DNA of 45,079 nucleotides. It comes from an uncultured bacterium (GTDB lineage: Bacteria; CAYUVA01). The translations under genes were made by a program, and so were the position numbers. Positions 1-9,759 of the stretch are shown here, piece by piece. Under the pieces are notes generated by a model. The model saw nothing but the letters and a program-made list of their open reading frames with translations, searched no databases and was not told the origin of the DNA. The DNA lies in assembly GCA_964448115.1 (NCBI GenBank), contig CAYUVA010000002.1, forward strand, positions 124,001 through 169,079, in the 5' to 3' direction. Numbering within the stretch: the first letter of the stretch is position 1; the number at the start of each line of letters is the position of its first letter.

Positions 1-113
1 CCCTCGAAGATGCGCCCAAGCATAAACAGGCAAAAAGCAAGAAAATAGGCAGAAATGAGCCTTGTCCCTGCGGAAGCGGCAAGAAATACAAGCACTGCTG
101 CGGAAGGACATGA
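1..113 (+). CDS. secA: 3' end of a SEC-C motif protein, most likely preprotein translocase SecA (partial)
   Basis: Frame from position 3 reads [36 protein letters not shown], a canonical C-terminal SEC-C zinc-binding motif, with TGA at 111-113. SEC-C also ends other proteins, so the secA call is not certain. Confidence 0.7.
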   Translation, partial: LEDAPKHKQAKSKKIGRNEPCPCGSGKKYKHCCGRT

Positions 114-153
114 AGACCTTGACTTTTTTCACTAAATAAACACGCCGAGATGC

Positions 154-786
154 TCAAGGCGAGTAGATCGCCAAGCACACCTTGGAGCCATGTATTTCAA
201 GTATATTCTTGGTTGATAAAGGCAATCTTTTATCGCAATTATAATAAGTGATTATCGAACCACCAGGCGCTAACAAGCTTTGGGCTTGTTGGATTATATT
301 TTCCATATCCCCTACTGCTCGCATGGTAATGCACTTAAAGCAGGATATGCCTTGTTGCTGGTCAATAAACTCCTCGAGGCGCATCATCTTAATATCCACA
401 TTCTCCAACCCGCACAGGCGCTTGATATGGCACAGAAAGGCATATCTTTTTTCCCTCGGCTCCAGGAGTGTAAAGCTCTTTTTATCAAAGACAACTGCCA
501 ACGGCAAGGCTGGGAATCCTCCTCCGCTGCCGATGTCAAGGATATCCTCAGCGGCGAGAAATTCCTCCACCTTGCAGAGATAGAGCGACTCGTACAACAG
601 GGTATCTACCAACTCCTCGAAGCTCCTGATCCCGCACAGGTTGATTTTCTTATTCCAGCGCAAAAGCTCATTGAGGTAGGTTAGCAGATGCTGTTCGGCA
701 CTAGTGGATGCCCTCAAACCGGCTCTGCGCAGGATAGCCTCTATAAGCTCAACTTTCGCCTCGCCGCCTGTGGTTCCCTTTGCCAT
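154..786 (-). CDS. rsmG: 16S rRNA (guanine527-N7)-methyltransferase RsmG/GidB
   Basis: LLRWNKKINL, SAM-binding LDIGSGGGFP, LLEPREKR and TMRAV motifs; 210 aa. Confidence 0.92.
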   Translation of the reverse strand: MAKGTTGGEAKVELIEAILRRAGLRASTSAEQHLLTYLNELLRWNKKINLCGIRSFEELVDTLLYESLYLCKVEEFLAAEDILDIGSGGGFPALPLAVVFDKKSFTLLEPREKRYAFLCHIKRLCGLENVDIKMMRLEEFIDQQQGISCFKCITMRAVGDMENIIQQAQSLLAPGGSIITYYNCDKRLPLSTKNILEIHGSKVCLAIYSP

Positions 787-815
787 AATGAGTTGTCGAT
801 ATTACAATCGCCTAT

Positions 816-2753
816 ATGGATGTTAGGATGAATGATCATAACAAGTCAAAACCTGGTGTTACTATTATCCTTGTGGTGATCATATTCCTGTGCGCTCTTT
901 TTTGCAGGCTTTGGTTTCTAAAGGTCTTCATGCCCTATCACTGGGAGGGTTTCGCCTTTTACCCGGTCGATGCGCTGGCGAGCAAGGTCTCTGCATCACG
1001 CATCCTTGCCGGGGCTTACGACTCTCCGCCGGTGCGCCCGCCATTTACCGAGTACTCGCTGGCGTTGATCCGATACCTGCTTGGTACATCGAATAAGACA
1101 TTGAAGCTGGTCTATGCGGTGATAGGTTCGTTGATACCGGTGTTATGTTTTTTCTTAGCAAGGAGGATCTTCGACAACATCCCCTATAAAGAAAGGGGTG
1201 GCAGCGAAGCTGACCGGGTGTGTATCCCAAGCCATGGACACACCCCTAAATCCCCTCTTGATAGAGGGGACTTTTTTAACCGCGACCTGGCAGCGGTGTT
1301 GGCTGGTGGGCTATGCTCTTTGTCATTTGGGCTGTTGGTCAATATCTCCTCGGTCAACAGCGAGCTTTGGTATATCCTTCAAACCTTAAGCCTTATGCTT
1401 CTATGGCTGTGGATGGAGCAGGGGCTTACCTGGTTTAAGGTAGTGCTTTTGGGAGCATTGGTTAGCCTGATGCTGCTTACCAGGGGGGAGGCTATACTTT
1501 GGTTTCTATTCCTGGCTGCGCTGCTTTTAATGAAGCGAGATCGGCCGCTTGAGGCAAGGCTGGGAATTGTGGGTATATATTTCGCTGTGGTCTGCATACT
1601 GCTTACGCCCTGGACTTACCGCAACTACAAGTATTTCCACGCATTGAACCAGCAGCGTGGCAAGAAGGTCTTCCCTGAGTTCGTGCCTATAACCATTTAT
1701 GGACCGCTGAACTTCGCCAAGGCTAATTCGCCGTTTTTTCTCCCTTATTTCGACCGCCGAACCCACGGGAGCAATATGTCCCCTTCTGACAACCGCTATG
1801 ATATGGATGATCCCTATATTCAGCAGCTTTTGCTTTACGGCTATAGAATCGGCTTGCGACACATATTCGAGCATCCCATAAGAACAGTGGCGGTGAATAT
1901 CAGAAAGCTCTATTGTTCCTTCCAGGTCTATACTTATGGCTTCGCACCCTACAATATTCCGTTCGGTTTGCGCGGCTTCTATCGCTCAGCGGATATCTTC
2001 GTAGCCGAGAGTCGGTGGGGCTTGTGGGTGCTGTGGGGGCTAACCAATCTGGGGTGCCTTGTTTGGGCAGCGGTCAAGCATAGGCAAAGGTTTATACTAC
2101 CGCTTTTCTTGCTCATCGAGACGATCATCACGGTTGTCTTATTCTTCGGCTATGTCCGGCTCGGCTTGATATTGCTGCCGATCACCCTGCTTTGCGTAGC
2201 CTATGCAGCATCTCGAATCCTGGCCATTATATCGCCGAGGGCGCTGCAACCTTACCTTGCCGTCATGGCAGCCGTAATGTTCCTGCTGATCTCCGCTGCT
2301 GGGTATCTTTTCGACTCCAATCGCATAGCCATTCGTTACCAGTCCGAGTTTTTCAACCAGGCGCACAACCTGTTCGAGACAAGGCAATACCGTCAGGCGT
2401 TTGAGCAATACAAAGCAGGCTTCGATAAAATGGCTAAGGCGAGAGCATATATCTACAATCCGATCGAGATATCCACCGTTCATTCAAGGATGGGAGAGTG
2501 TGCGGTGAATATCGGCTTGTATGAGCAAGCCGAGAAGTACCTGTTGCAGGCGATTGAGCTGGATTCGATAAACGGTTTGGCACACCTTCGTCTCGGCGAG
2601 CTTTATTATAAGCATCTTAACCAGCCTGACAAAGCCTTGTGGTATTTGAATGAGCATATTCGGCTCTATCCAAACCATCCCTACAATAGCCATGTTCGAA
2701 GAATGATAGTCGATATCCTGACCAGGGAGGAAAGTGGTACCGTGGTACCGTGA
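816..2753 (+). CDS. GT-C (PMT/ArnT-like) membrane glycosyltransferase with C-terminal TPR repeats
   Basis: Multiple TM helices; RPP-x-Y early loop; 'LTRGE' and 'PWTYRNY' motifs typical of GT39-like proteins; C-terminal TPR helices (AEKYLLQAIELDSINGLAHLRLGELY). Confidence 0.7.
   Translation: MDVRMNDHNKSKPGVTIILVVIIFLCALFCRLWFLKVFMPYHWEGFAFYPVDALASKVSASRILAGAYDSPPVRPPFTEYSLALIRYLLGTSNKTLKLVYAVIGSLIPVLCFFLARRIFDNIPYKERGGSEADRVCIPSHGHTPKSPLDRGDFFNRDLAAVLAGGLCSLSFGLLVNISSVNSELWYILQTLSLMLLWLWMEQGLTWFKVVLLGALVSLMLLTRGEAILWFLFLAALLLMKRDRPLEARLGIVGIYFAVVCILLTPWTYRNYKYFHALNQQRGKKVFPEFVPITIYGPLNFAKANSPFFLPYFDRRTHGSNMSPSDNRYDMDDPYIQQLLLYGYRIGLRHIFEHPIRTVAVNIRKLYCSFQVYTYGFAPYNIPFGLRGFYRSADIFVAESRWGLWVLWGLTNLGCLVWAAVKHRQRFILPLFLLIETIITVVLFFGYVRLGLILLPITLLCVAYAASRILAIISPRALQPYLAVMAAVMFLLISAAGYLFDSNRIAIRYQSEFFNQAHNLFETRQYRQAFEQYKAGFDKMAKARAYIYNPIEISTVHSRMGECAVNIGLYEQAEKYLLQAIELDSINGLAHLRLGELYYKHLNQPDKALWYLNEHIRLYPNHPYNSHVRRMIVDILTREESGTVVP
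1178..1277. repeat. Palindromic REP/MITE-like element inserted in frame within the glycosyltransferase gene
   Basis: Four hairpins: CCCCT(1181-85)/AGGGG(1194-98), CAGC-GAA-GCTG(1202-12), GGGTGTGT(1216-23)/ACACACCC(1238-45), TCCCCTCT-TGAT-AGAGGGGA(1251-70). They encode an atypical polar loop between two TM segments. Confidence 0.65.
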
Positions 2754-2880
2754 TACCGGAATTAATGGAGGATGTTATCATAGAACCGCGGTATCACTTT
2801 CTCTTTGTGCCTTTATGCCTTTGTGGTTTAAGAGCCATCAGCCCTTTTCTACGGTATCGCGATATCACGGTATCACTTCC
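2729..2880. repeat. Composite intergenic repeat: inverted arrays of the 8-mer GTGRTAYC enclosing a 9-mer (CTTTGTGCC-like) repeat
   Basis: GTGGTACC-GTGGTACC-GTGATACC (2734-2757); complementary units at 2790-2797 and 2853-2876; CTCTTTGTGCCTTTATGCCTTTGTGGTT at 2801-2828. Confidence 0.8.
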
Positions 2881-2938
2881 TTTTTGCGTCTTTGTGTGAT
2901 ATTGCTAAACTATCCATCATCAATGAAAAGGAGATTTT

Positions 2939-3955
2939 ATGAAAAATTACAACATCGCATTAGTCGGCGCTACTGGGCTGGTGGGCAGAATGCTATTAGA
3001 ACTGTTGGAGACGCGCCAATTCCCCGTCAATCGAATCAAGCTGCTGGCAGGGGAGCGCTCAGCCAACACGGTATTAAATTTCAATGGCGCAGCCACACTG
3101 GTTAACAAGCTCAGCGAGGACTCCTTTGAGGGTATAGACCTTGCCTTCTTCACCGCTGGACGCATGGTTAGCGCAGATTACATCCCGAATGCGGTTATGG
3201 CTGGTGCGGTGGTCATCGATAATTCGTCCCAGTTCAGGATGGATCCCGCAGTACCGTTGGTTGTTCCGGAGGTCAATCCAGAGGCGCTTGAAAAACACAA
3301 GGGTATCATCGCCAATCCCAACTGCTCGACCATTCAAATGCTGGTCGCTCTTAAACCGCTGCACGATGCAGCGCGAATTAAAAGGATAGTGGCTACCACG
3401 TTTCAATCCGTCTCCGGGGCGGGCAAATCGGCTATAGACGAGCTTCTAACCCAGATTTACATGATCATGGAAGAAAGAGAAAAAGAGCACCAGGTCTCCG
3501 TTTTCCCCCACCAGATCGCCTTCAATTGCATCCCACATATCGGTGATTTCGACTCCCAGGGCAATACCTTCGAGGAGAACAAGATGATAAACGAGACGCA
3601 AAAGATACTCGATCCCGATATCCGCGTGTGCGCTACCTGCGTTCGAGTGCCGGTGATGATAGGGCACTGTGAGGCGGTGAATATCGAGACCGAGAACAAG
3701 ATAACCGCCGAAGAGGCAAGGGAGATCCTAGCAAATGCGCCCGGCGTAGCGGTGATAGATGATGTGGATAGCAATGAATATCCGCTGCCTGTTGACTGTG
3801 TTAGTAAAGATGATGTCCTTGTCGGTAGAATTAGAGAGGATGAAAGTATTGAAAATGGCTTGACCCTTTGGATTGTTTCTGATAATTTAATAAAGGGAGC
3901 AGCTCTCAATGCAGTGCAGATAGCTGAGACAATGCTGAGAAAGGGGCTGGTTTAG
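2939..3955 (+). CDS. asd: Aspartate-semialdehyde dehydrogenase
   Basis: GATGLVG, VVIDNSSQFRM, ANPNCSTIQM (catalytic Cys), QSVSGAG, CVRVPVMIGH, DNLIKGAALNAVQIAE. Confidence 0.97.
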   Translation: MKNYNIALVGATGLVGRMLLELLETRQFPVNRIKLLAGERSANTVLNFNGAATLVNKLSEDSFEGIDLAFFTAGRMVSADYIPNAVMAGAVVIDNSSQFRMDPAVPLVVPEVNPEALEKHKGIIANPNCSTIQMLVALKPLHDAARIKRIVATTFQSVSGAGKSAIDELLTQIYMIMEEREKEHQVSVFPHQIAFNCIPHIGDFDSQGNTFEENKMINETQKILDPDIRVCATCVRVPVMIGHCEAVNIETENKITAEEAREILANAPGVAVIDDVDSNEYPLPVDCVSKDDVLVGRIREDESIENGLTLWIVSDNLIKGAALNAVQIAETMLRKGLV

Positions 3956-4302
3956 TGAAAAAGCTGTTTCCGATCGCCTTCATCGTCATACTGGGAGCGG
4001 TACTTTACTTCGGGCTGCTGCAAGGGCAGAAGGAGCTACAGGATCAACACCAACAATACCAGAAAGGAGTTGCTGAGCAGGTCTCTGATTCTGCCCGATA
4101 CTCCAATATAAAAACCAACCTTATCAGCATTCGCCGAGCCATCTCCGCATTCAGGGCGTTAAAGGGAAGATACCCTGCCAACCTCGATGAGCTAGTCGAT
4201 GAGGGATTATTGGATCATAAGCCGCAGTGCCCTTACGGCGCTGGGTACGACTACGACCCGGATACAGGAGAGGTTAAGAGCATAAGACACCCTGAGTTAT
4301 AA
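3955..4302 (+). CDS. Small membrane-anchored protein with a pseudopilin (GspG-like) C-terminal signature
   Basis: N-terminal TM helix, then 'NLISIRRAISAFRALKGRYPANLDELVDEGLL..P.CP.G..Y.Y'. The start overlaps the asd stop (TAGTG). Confidence 0.6.
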   Translation: MKKLFPIAFIVILGAVLYFGLLQGQKELQDQHQQYQKGVAEQVSDSARYSNIKTNLISIRRAISAFRALKGRYPANLDELVDEGLLDHKPQCPYGAGYDYDPDTGEVKSIRHPEL

Positions 4303-4381
4303 CTAGGGAGAATTACACCAGCGACAAATTCCTACAATTCTTTTGCTTATTAGCACATATACTGCATAAAAGGGGAAAAGT

Positions 4382-5511
<1,130 letters not shown>

Positions 5512-5515
<4 letters not shown>

Positions 5516-6003
5516 CCTCTACTAAGGAGAGCAATCAAATGGAAGAGTTCGAGAAGATACTGTCCGATCACCCCTTCTTCAGGGGCATGAACGAGAGATT
5601 GATCAAGCTGTTGGTCGGCTGCGCCACGGAGAGCAGCTATAAGGCTGGCGATTATATCTACAAGGAGGGAGATGATGCCAATCAATTCCTTCTCATTCAG
5701 CGCGGGATAGTTGCAATAGAGATATTCGTCCCCAACAGAGGCTCCATAACCATCCAGACCATCGGCGATGGAGACATACTCGGCTGGTCATGGCTTTTTC
5801 CCCCTTATACCAGGCGCTTTGATGCAAGGGCAATCGAGCACACGACTGCCATAGAACTGGATGGTGTCTGCCTGAGGGGGAAAGTACAGAATGACTTTGA
5901 GCTAGGCTATGAGCTGCTATCTCGCTTCAGCAGGATCGTGGTGGAGCGCCTCCAGGCGACCAGGCTCCAGTTGCTCGACCTTTACGGACCCAACTATCGA
6001 TAG
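5512..6003 (+). CDS. Stand-alone cyclic-nucleotide-binding domain protein (no HTH)
   Basis: [39 protein letters not shown] and a C-helix; ends without a Crp DNA-binding domain. Confidence 0.88.
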
Positions 6004-6013
6004 GATAACTATT

Positions 6014-6847
6014 ATGGCTGTTGCACAGAATCAAGCATCTATAGGTGTGTCCCATCTGATCAGCCATTTCAAGAAAGAGACCAAGGACACCTTTACCATA
6101 AGGCTAAAAGCGCAGAAGCGGTTCAGATTCCTGCCCGGTCAGTTCAATATGCTCTACATGTTCGGAGTCGGCGAGGTGCCCATCTCCATAAGTGGAGATG
6201 CGCAGGACCAATCGACAATAGTGCATACCATAAGGGCTTACGGATCGGTAACCGGCGCTATGCTGAATGGCTTGAAGACAGGGGATTTCATCGGGCTTAG
6301 GGGACCGTTCGGCAACTCCTGGCCTATCGAAGAGCTGAAAGGGCATGATGTTTTTCTGGCTGCCGGTGGCATCGGCTTGGCGCCGCTGAGACCGGTGCTG
6401 TACCACTGCCTGAATAACCGAGCCGACTTTGGACGCATCACGCTCATCTATGGCGAGCGTAGCCCCAATGCCTTGCTTTATCGCAAGGAGCTGGAGAGCT
6501 GGAGGGGAAGATTTGACATGGATGTGCAGGTTACGGTGGATCACGCCGGCGCTGACTGGCGCGGGAATGTCGGCGTGGTTACCACCCTGCTCGAAAAGAT
6601 AACCCTCAACCCCAAAGGCACAATCGCCTTAGTCTGCGGACCCGAAGTGATGATGCACTACACGGTGTTGGAGCTTAAGAAACAGGGTCTTAACGATGAG
6701 CAGGTCTATATCTCAATGGAGCGGAACATGAAGTGTGCAACCGGCTTCTGCGGGCACTGCCAGATGGGTCCCATCTTTGTATGCAAGGATGGACCGGTCT
6801 TCAGATATGACCAGATGCGGGAACTGTACAGAAAAAGGGAGCTGTAG
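6014..6847 (+). CDS. hydG: Sulfhydrogenase gamma subunit (FAD/NAD(P)-binding, 2Fe-2S)
   Basis: [61 protein letters not shown]. Start refined to ATG 6014. Confidence 0.9.
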   Translation: MAVAQNQASIGVSHLISHFKKETKDTFTIRLKAQKRFRFLPGQFNMLYMFGVGEVPISISGDAQDQSTIVHTIRAYGSVTGAMLNGLKTGDFIGLRGPFGNSWPIEELKGHDVFLAAGGIGLAPLRPVLYHCLNNRADFGRITLIYGERSPNALLYRKELESWRGRFDMDVQVTVDHAGADWRGNVGVVTTLLEKITLNPKGTIALVCGPEVMMHYTVLELKKQGLNDEQVYISMERNMKCATGFCGHCQMGPIFVCKDGPVFRYDQMRELYRKREL

Positions 6848-6848
6848 C

Positions 6849-7631
6849 ATGGCAAAGAAGACCAGGAAACCTAAACTGGCGGTTTACAAGTTCGCCTCCT
6901 GCGATGGCTGCCAGCTTAGCCTCCTCGACTGCGAGGATGAGCTTCTCGATGTGGCTGAGCTGATCGATATCGCCAACTTCCCCGAGGGATTCCGCGAGGT
7001 GAAGAAAGGTCCTTACGACATGACACTGATCGAAGGCTCGATAACCACGCCATCTGATGCGGAGAGGATACACAAGGTAAGGCGAAACAGCAAGATCTTG
7101 ATCACCATCGGAGCCTGCGCTACCGCGGGGGGCATCCAGGCACTGCGCAACTTCAAGGATGTCAAGGACTTCACCAAGGCTGTCTATGCACGACCCGACT
7201 ACATTGAGACGCTCAAGAGATCGACACCGATAAGCGATCATGTGCGCGTTGACTATGAGCTGAGAGGTTGCCCCATCAACAAGCATCAGCTCCTGGAGGC
7301 GATCGGCGCCCTGCTCATGGGAAGAAGACCGCATCTCCCCAACTACAGCCTGTGTATGGAGTGCAAGCAAAAGGGGAATATCTGTATCATGGTCGCCCAG
7401 GGCATAACCTGCTTAGGACCGGTAACCCAGGCTGGCTGCGGCGCCATCTGCCCCAGCTACAACCGCGGCTGCTATAGCTGCTTCGGTCCCAAGGAGAAGC
7501 CGAATACGACCAGCCTGAGCAAATGGTGGAAGGAGAAGCTCGGTGTCCACGACGATGAGTTACTCAGGGCATATCGCCTGTTCAACGCTTATGCCGAGCC
7601 GTTCAGAAAGGAGAGCGAGTCCTATGAGTAA
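6849..7631 (+). CDS. hydD: Group 3b [NiFe] hydrogenase small (delta) subunit
   Basis: [54 protein letters not shown]. Start refined to ATG 6849. Confidence 0.9.
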   Translation: MAKKTRKPKLAVYKFASCDGCQLSLLDCEDELLDVAELIDIANFPEGFREVKKGPYDMTLIEGSITTPSDAERIHKVRRNSKILITIGACATAGGIQALRNFKDVKDFTKAVYARPDYIETLKRSTPISDHVRVDYELRGCPINKHQLLEAIGALLMGRRPHLPNYSLCMECKQKGNICIMVAQGITCLGPVTQAGCGAICPSYNRGCYSCFGPKEKPNTTSLSKWWKEKLGVHDDELLRAYRLFNAYAEPFRKESESYE

Positions 7632-8916
7632 AAGGAGAACCATCAAGGTTGATTACCTGGCGCGGGTGGAGGGAGAAGGTGGACTGCTGGTCAAGATAAA
7701 GGATGACAAGGTCGAGGATGTTAAGCTGAACATCTTCGAGCCACCCCGCTTCTTCGAGGCTTTCCTCAAGGGGCGTATGTATCACGAGGCGCCGGATATT
7801 ACAGCACGAATCTGCGGTATCTGCCCCATCGCATACATGACCAGCTCCAGCGTGGCTATGGAATCTGCATTCAAGGTGAAGCTGCATCCCCAGGTCAGAG
7901 CCTTGCGCAGGCTAATCTACCTCGGCGAGTGGATCGAGAGCCATGCGCTGCATGTATATATGCTCCATGCGCCGGATTTCCTTGGCTACCAGGATGCTGT
8001 CGCTATGGCAAAAGAGCATCCCGATGCGGTGAAACAGGGACTAGCGCTCAAGAAGCTGGGCAATGACATCATGATCCTGATCGGCGGCAGGGAGATACAC
8101 CCTATAAACTGGCGTGTGGGAGGATTCTACAAGCTGCCCGAAAAAAAGGAGCTTGAATCGCTGCTCGAAAGGCTGAAATGGGGAGTCGAGGCTGCCATCA
8201 AGACCGCGCATCTGGTCGCCGGCTTCGAATTCCCCGACTTTGAGCAGGATTACGAGCTTGTTGCCCTGCATCACCCCCATGAGTACGCCATCTTCGAGGG
8301 AAGGCTGATCTCAAGCAAGGGCTTGGACATCGAGATCAGCGACTTCGAGAAACATGTATTTGAGGAGCATGTTCCCCAATCGACCTCGCTTCACGCCTAT
8401 ATCAAGGGGCGTGGGGCATACATGGTCGGTCCCATGGCGCGATTCAACCTCAACTTCGAGCAGCTTTTTCCAGCAGCAAAGGAAACTGCTAATAAGCTCA
8501 ACTGCCTGCCCGAAGTGAAGAATCCCTTCCAAAGCATCATCGTGCGCAGCATCGAGATGATCCATGCCTGCGAGGAGTCAATAAGCATCATCGAGCAATA
8601 TGAACCGCCGGATGAGCCTTATGCGGAGTGCACCCCGGTGGTCGCCACCGCTTATGGCATAAGCGAGGCGCCGCGCGGGATCTGCTGGCACAGGTACAAG
8701 ATCGACAACCAGGGGCTAATCATCGATGCACGCATCGTGCCACCGACCTCGCAGAACCAGAAGGTGATGGAGAGCGACCTGCTCCACTTCGTGCGCCAAA
8801 ACCTGGGGCTGGATCAGGAGAGGCTCACCTGGCTTTGCGAACAGGTTATCCGCAACTACGACCCTTGCATCTCATGCTCATGCCACTTTTTAAGGCTGAA
8901 GATAGAGAGGCTATAA
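7624..8916 (+). CDS. hydA: Group 3b [NiFe] hydrogenase large (alpha) subunit
   Basis: LARVEGEG, L1 motif [21 protein letters not shown]2 motif DPCISCSCH followed by a cleavable tail. Start refined to ATG 7624. Confidence 0.93.
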   Translation: MSKRRTIKVDYLARVEGEGGLLVKIKDDKVEDVKLNIFEPPRFFEAFLKGRMYHEAPDITARICGICPIAYMTSSSVAMESAFKVKLHPQVRALRRLIYLGEWIESHALHVYMLHAPDFLGYQDAVAMAKEHPDAVKQGLALKKLGNDIMILIGGREIHPINWRVGGFYKLPEKKELESLLERLKWGVEAAIKTAHLVAGFEFPDFEQDYELVALHHPHEYAIFEGRLISSKGLDIEISDFEKHVFEEHVPQSTSLHAYIKGRGAYMVGPMARFNLNFEQLFPAAKETANKLNCLPEVKNPFQSIIVRSIEMIHACEESISIIEQYEPPDEPYAECTPVVATAYGISEAPRGICWHRYKIDNQGLIIDARIVPPTSQNQKVMESDLLHFVRQNLGLDQERLTWLCEQVIRNYDPCISCSCHFLRLKIERL

Positions 8917-8938
8917 CAAAAACCTAAAAGGAGATAGC

Positions 8939-9418
8939 ATGACGGGTAAGATACTGGTTCTCGGAGTCGGCAACCAACATCGCGGGGACGATGGAGCTGG
9001 GATCGCCGTTGCCAGCAAGCTGAAGGCTCTAGATTTGCCCAACACGATCGTACAGCCTAGCTTCGGCGAAGGGACCGAGCTTATGGAAGCCTGGAAGGGG
9101 TACGGCATCGTGTTTTTGGTCGATGCGGTTCGCTCTGGCGTGGAGCCGGGAGCTATCCACTACTTCGAGGCGAATAAGCAGACCATCCCCAGCCGCTTCT
9201 TCAGCTACTCCACACACGACTTCAGCGTGGCTGAGGCTATCGAGATGGCTAGAGCCTTAGGCGAGCTGCCCAAAGAGGTGTTCGTCTTCGGCATCGAGGG
9301 GAGGCAATTCGAGCACGGGAACGAGCTGTGCAGCGAGGTTAAAGACTCGGTAAATAAGGTCGCTTCTATGATCCAAGGGAGGATTATGAAAATTGCTAAA
9401 CTCATGAAAGGGGTTTGA
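8939..9418 (+). CDS. Hydrogenase maturation protease (HycI/HybD family)
   Basis: LGVGNQHRGDDGAG, LVDA, STH motifs; directly follows the large subunit. Confidence 0.92.
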   Translation: MTGKILVLGVGNQHRGDDGAGIAVASKLKALDLPNTIVQPSFGEGTELMEAWKGYGIVFLVDAVRSGVEPGAIHYFEANKQTIPSRFFSYSTHDFSVAEAIEMARALGELPKEVFVFGIEGRQFEHGNELCSEVKDSVNKVASMIQGRIMKIAKLMKGV

Positions 9419-9687
9419 TGGTTATGCACGAGATACACCTGCTCAAGGACTTGCTTAAAAAGGTTGAGAGCATAGCAGCCGAGAATCATGCGAGCAAGGT
9501 TAGCGAGGTTCGCATCAAGCTCGGCGCCCTGAGCCATATCTCGCCGGAGCATCTAAAGGAGCACTTCCTACGAGAGAGCGAAGGAGGAATAGCCGAGGGA
9601 GCCAAACTTGTTGTAATAGAGGATACAGACCAAAACTCACCGCAGGCGATGGATATTCTGCTCGACAGCATCGAGGTGGCGGATTGA
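9415..9687 (+). CDS. hypA: Short HypA/HybF nickel metallochaperone lacking the zinc finger
   Basis: MHE Ni-binding motif (likely start 9424), V.IKLGALS, AEGAKL, C-terminal LDSIEV; contains no cysteines. Confidence 0.85.
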   Translation: MMVMHEIHLLKDLLKKVESIAAENHASKVSEVRIKLGALSHISPEHLKEHFLRESEGGIAEGAKLVVIEDTDQNSPQAMDILLDSIEVAD

Positions 9688-9759
9688 TCGTAAACGAACA
9701 GAAAGGGGGAGTAAAAGGTAATCGGCGCGGAAACAAAGCGGTCCTCATGCCAGATTCAT

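Noticed and set aside
2734-3105. 123-aa ORF spanning the repeat region and the asd start
   Set aside because: It is translated repeat sequence overlapping asd out of frame.
6849-8916. Selenocysteine ([NiFeSe]) recoding in the hydrogenase
   Set aside because: All metal-ligand positions are ordinary Cys codons and there is no in-frame TGA.
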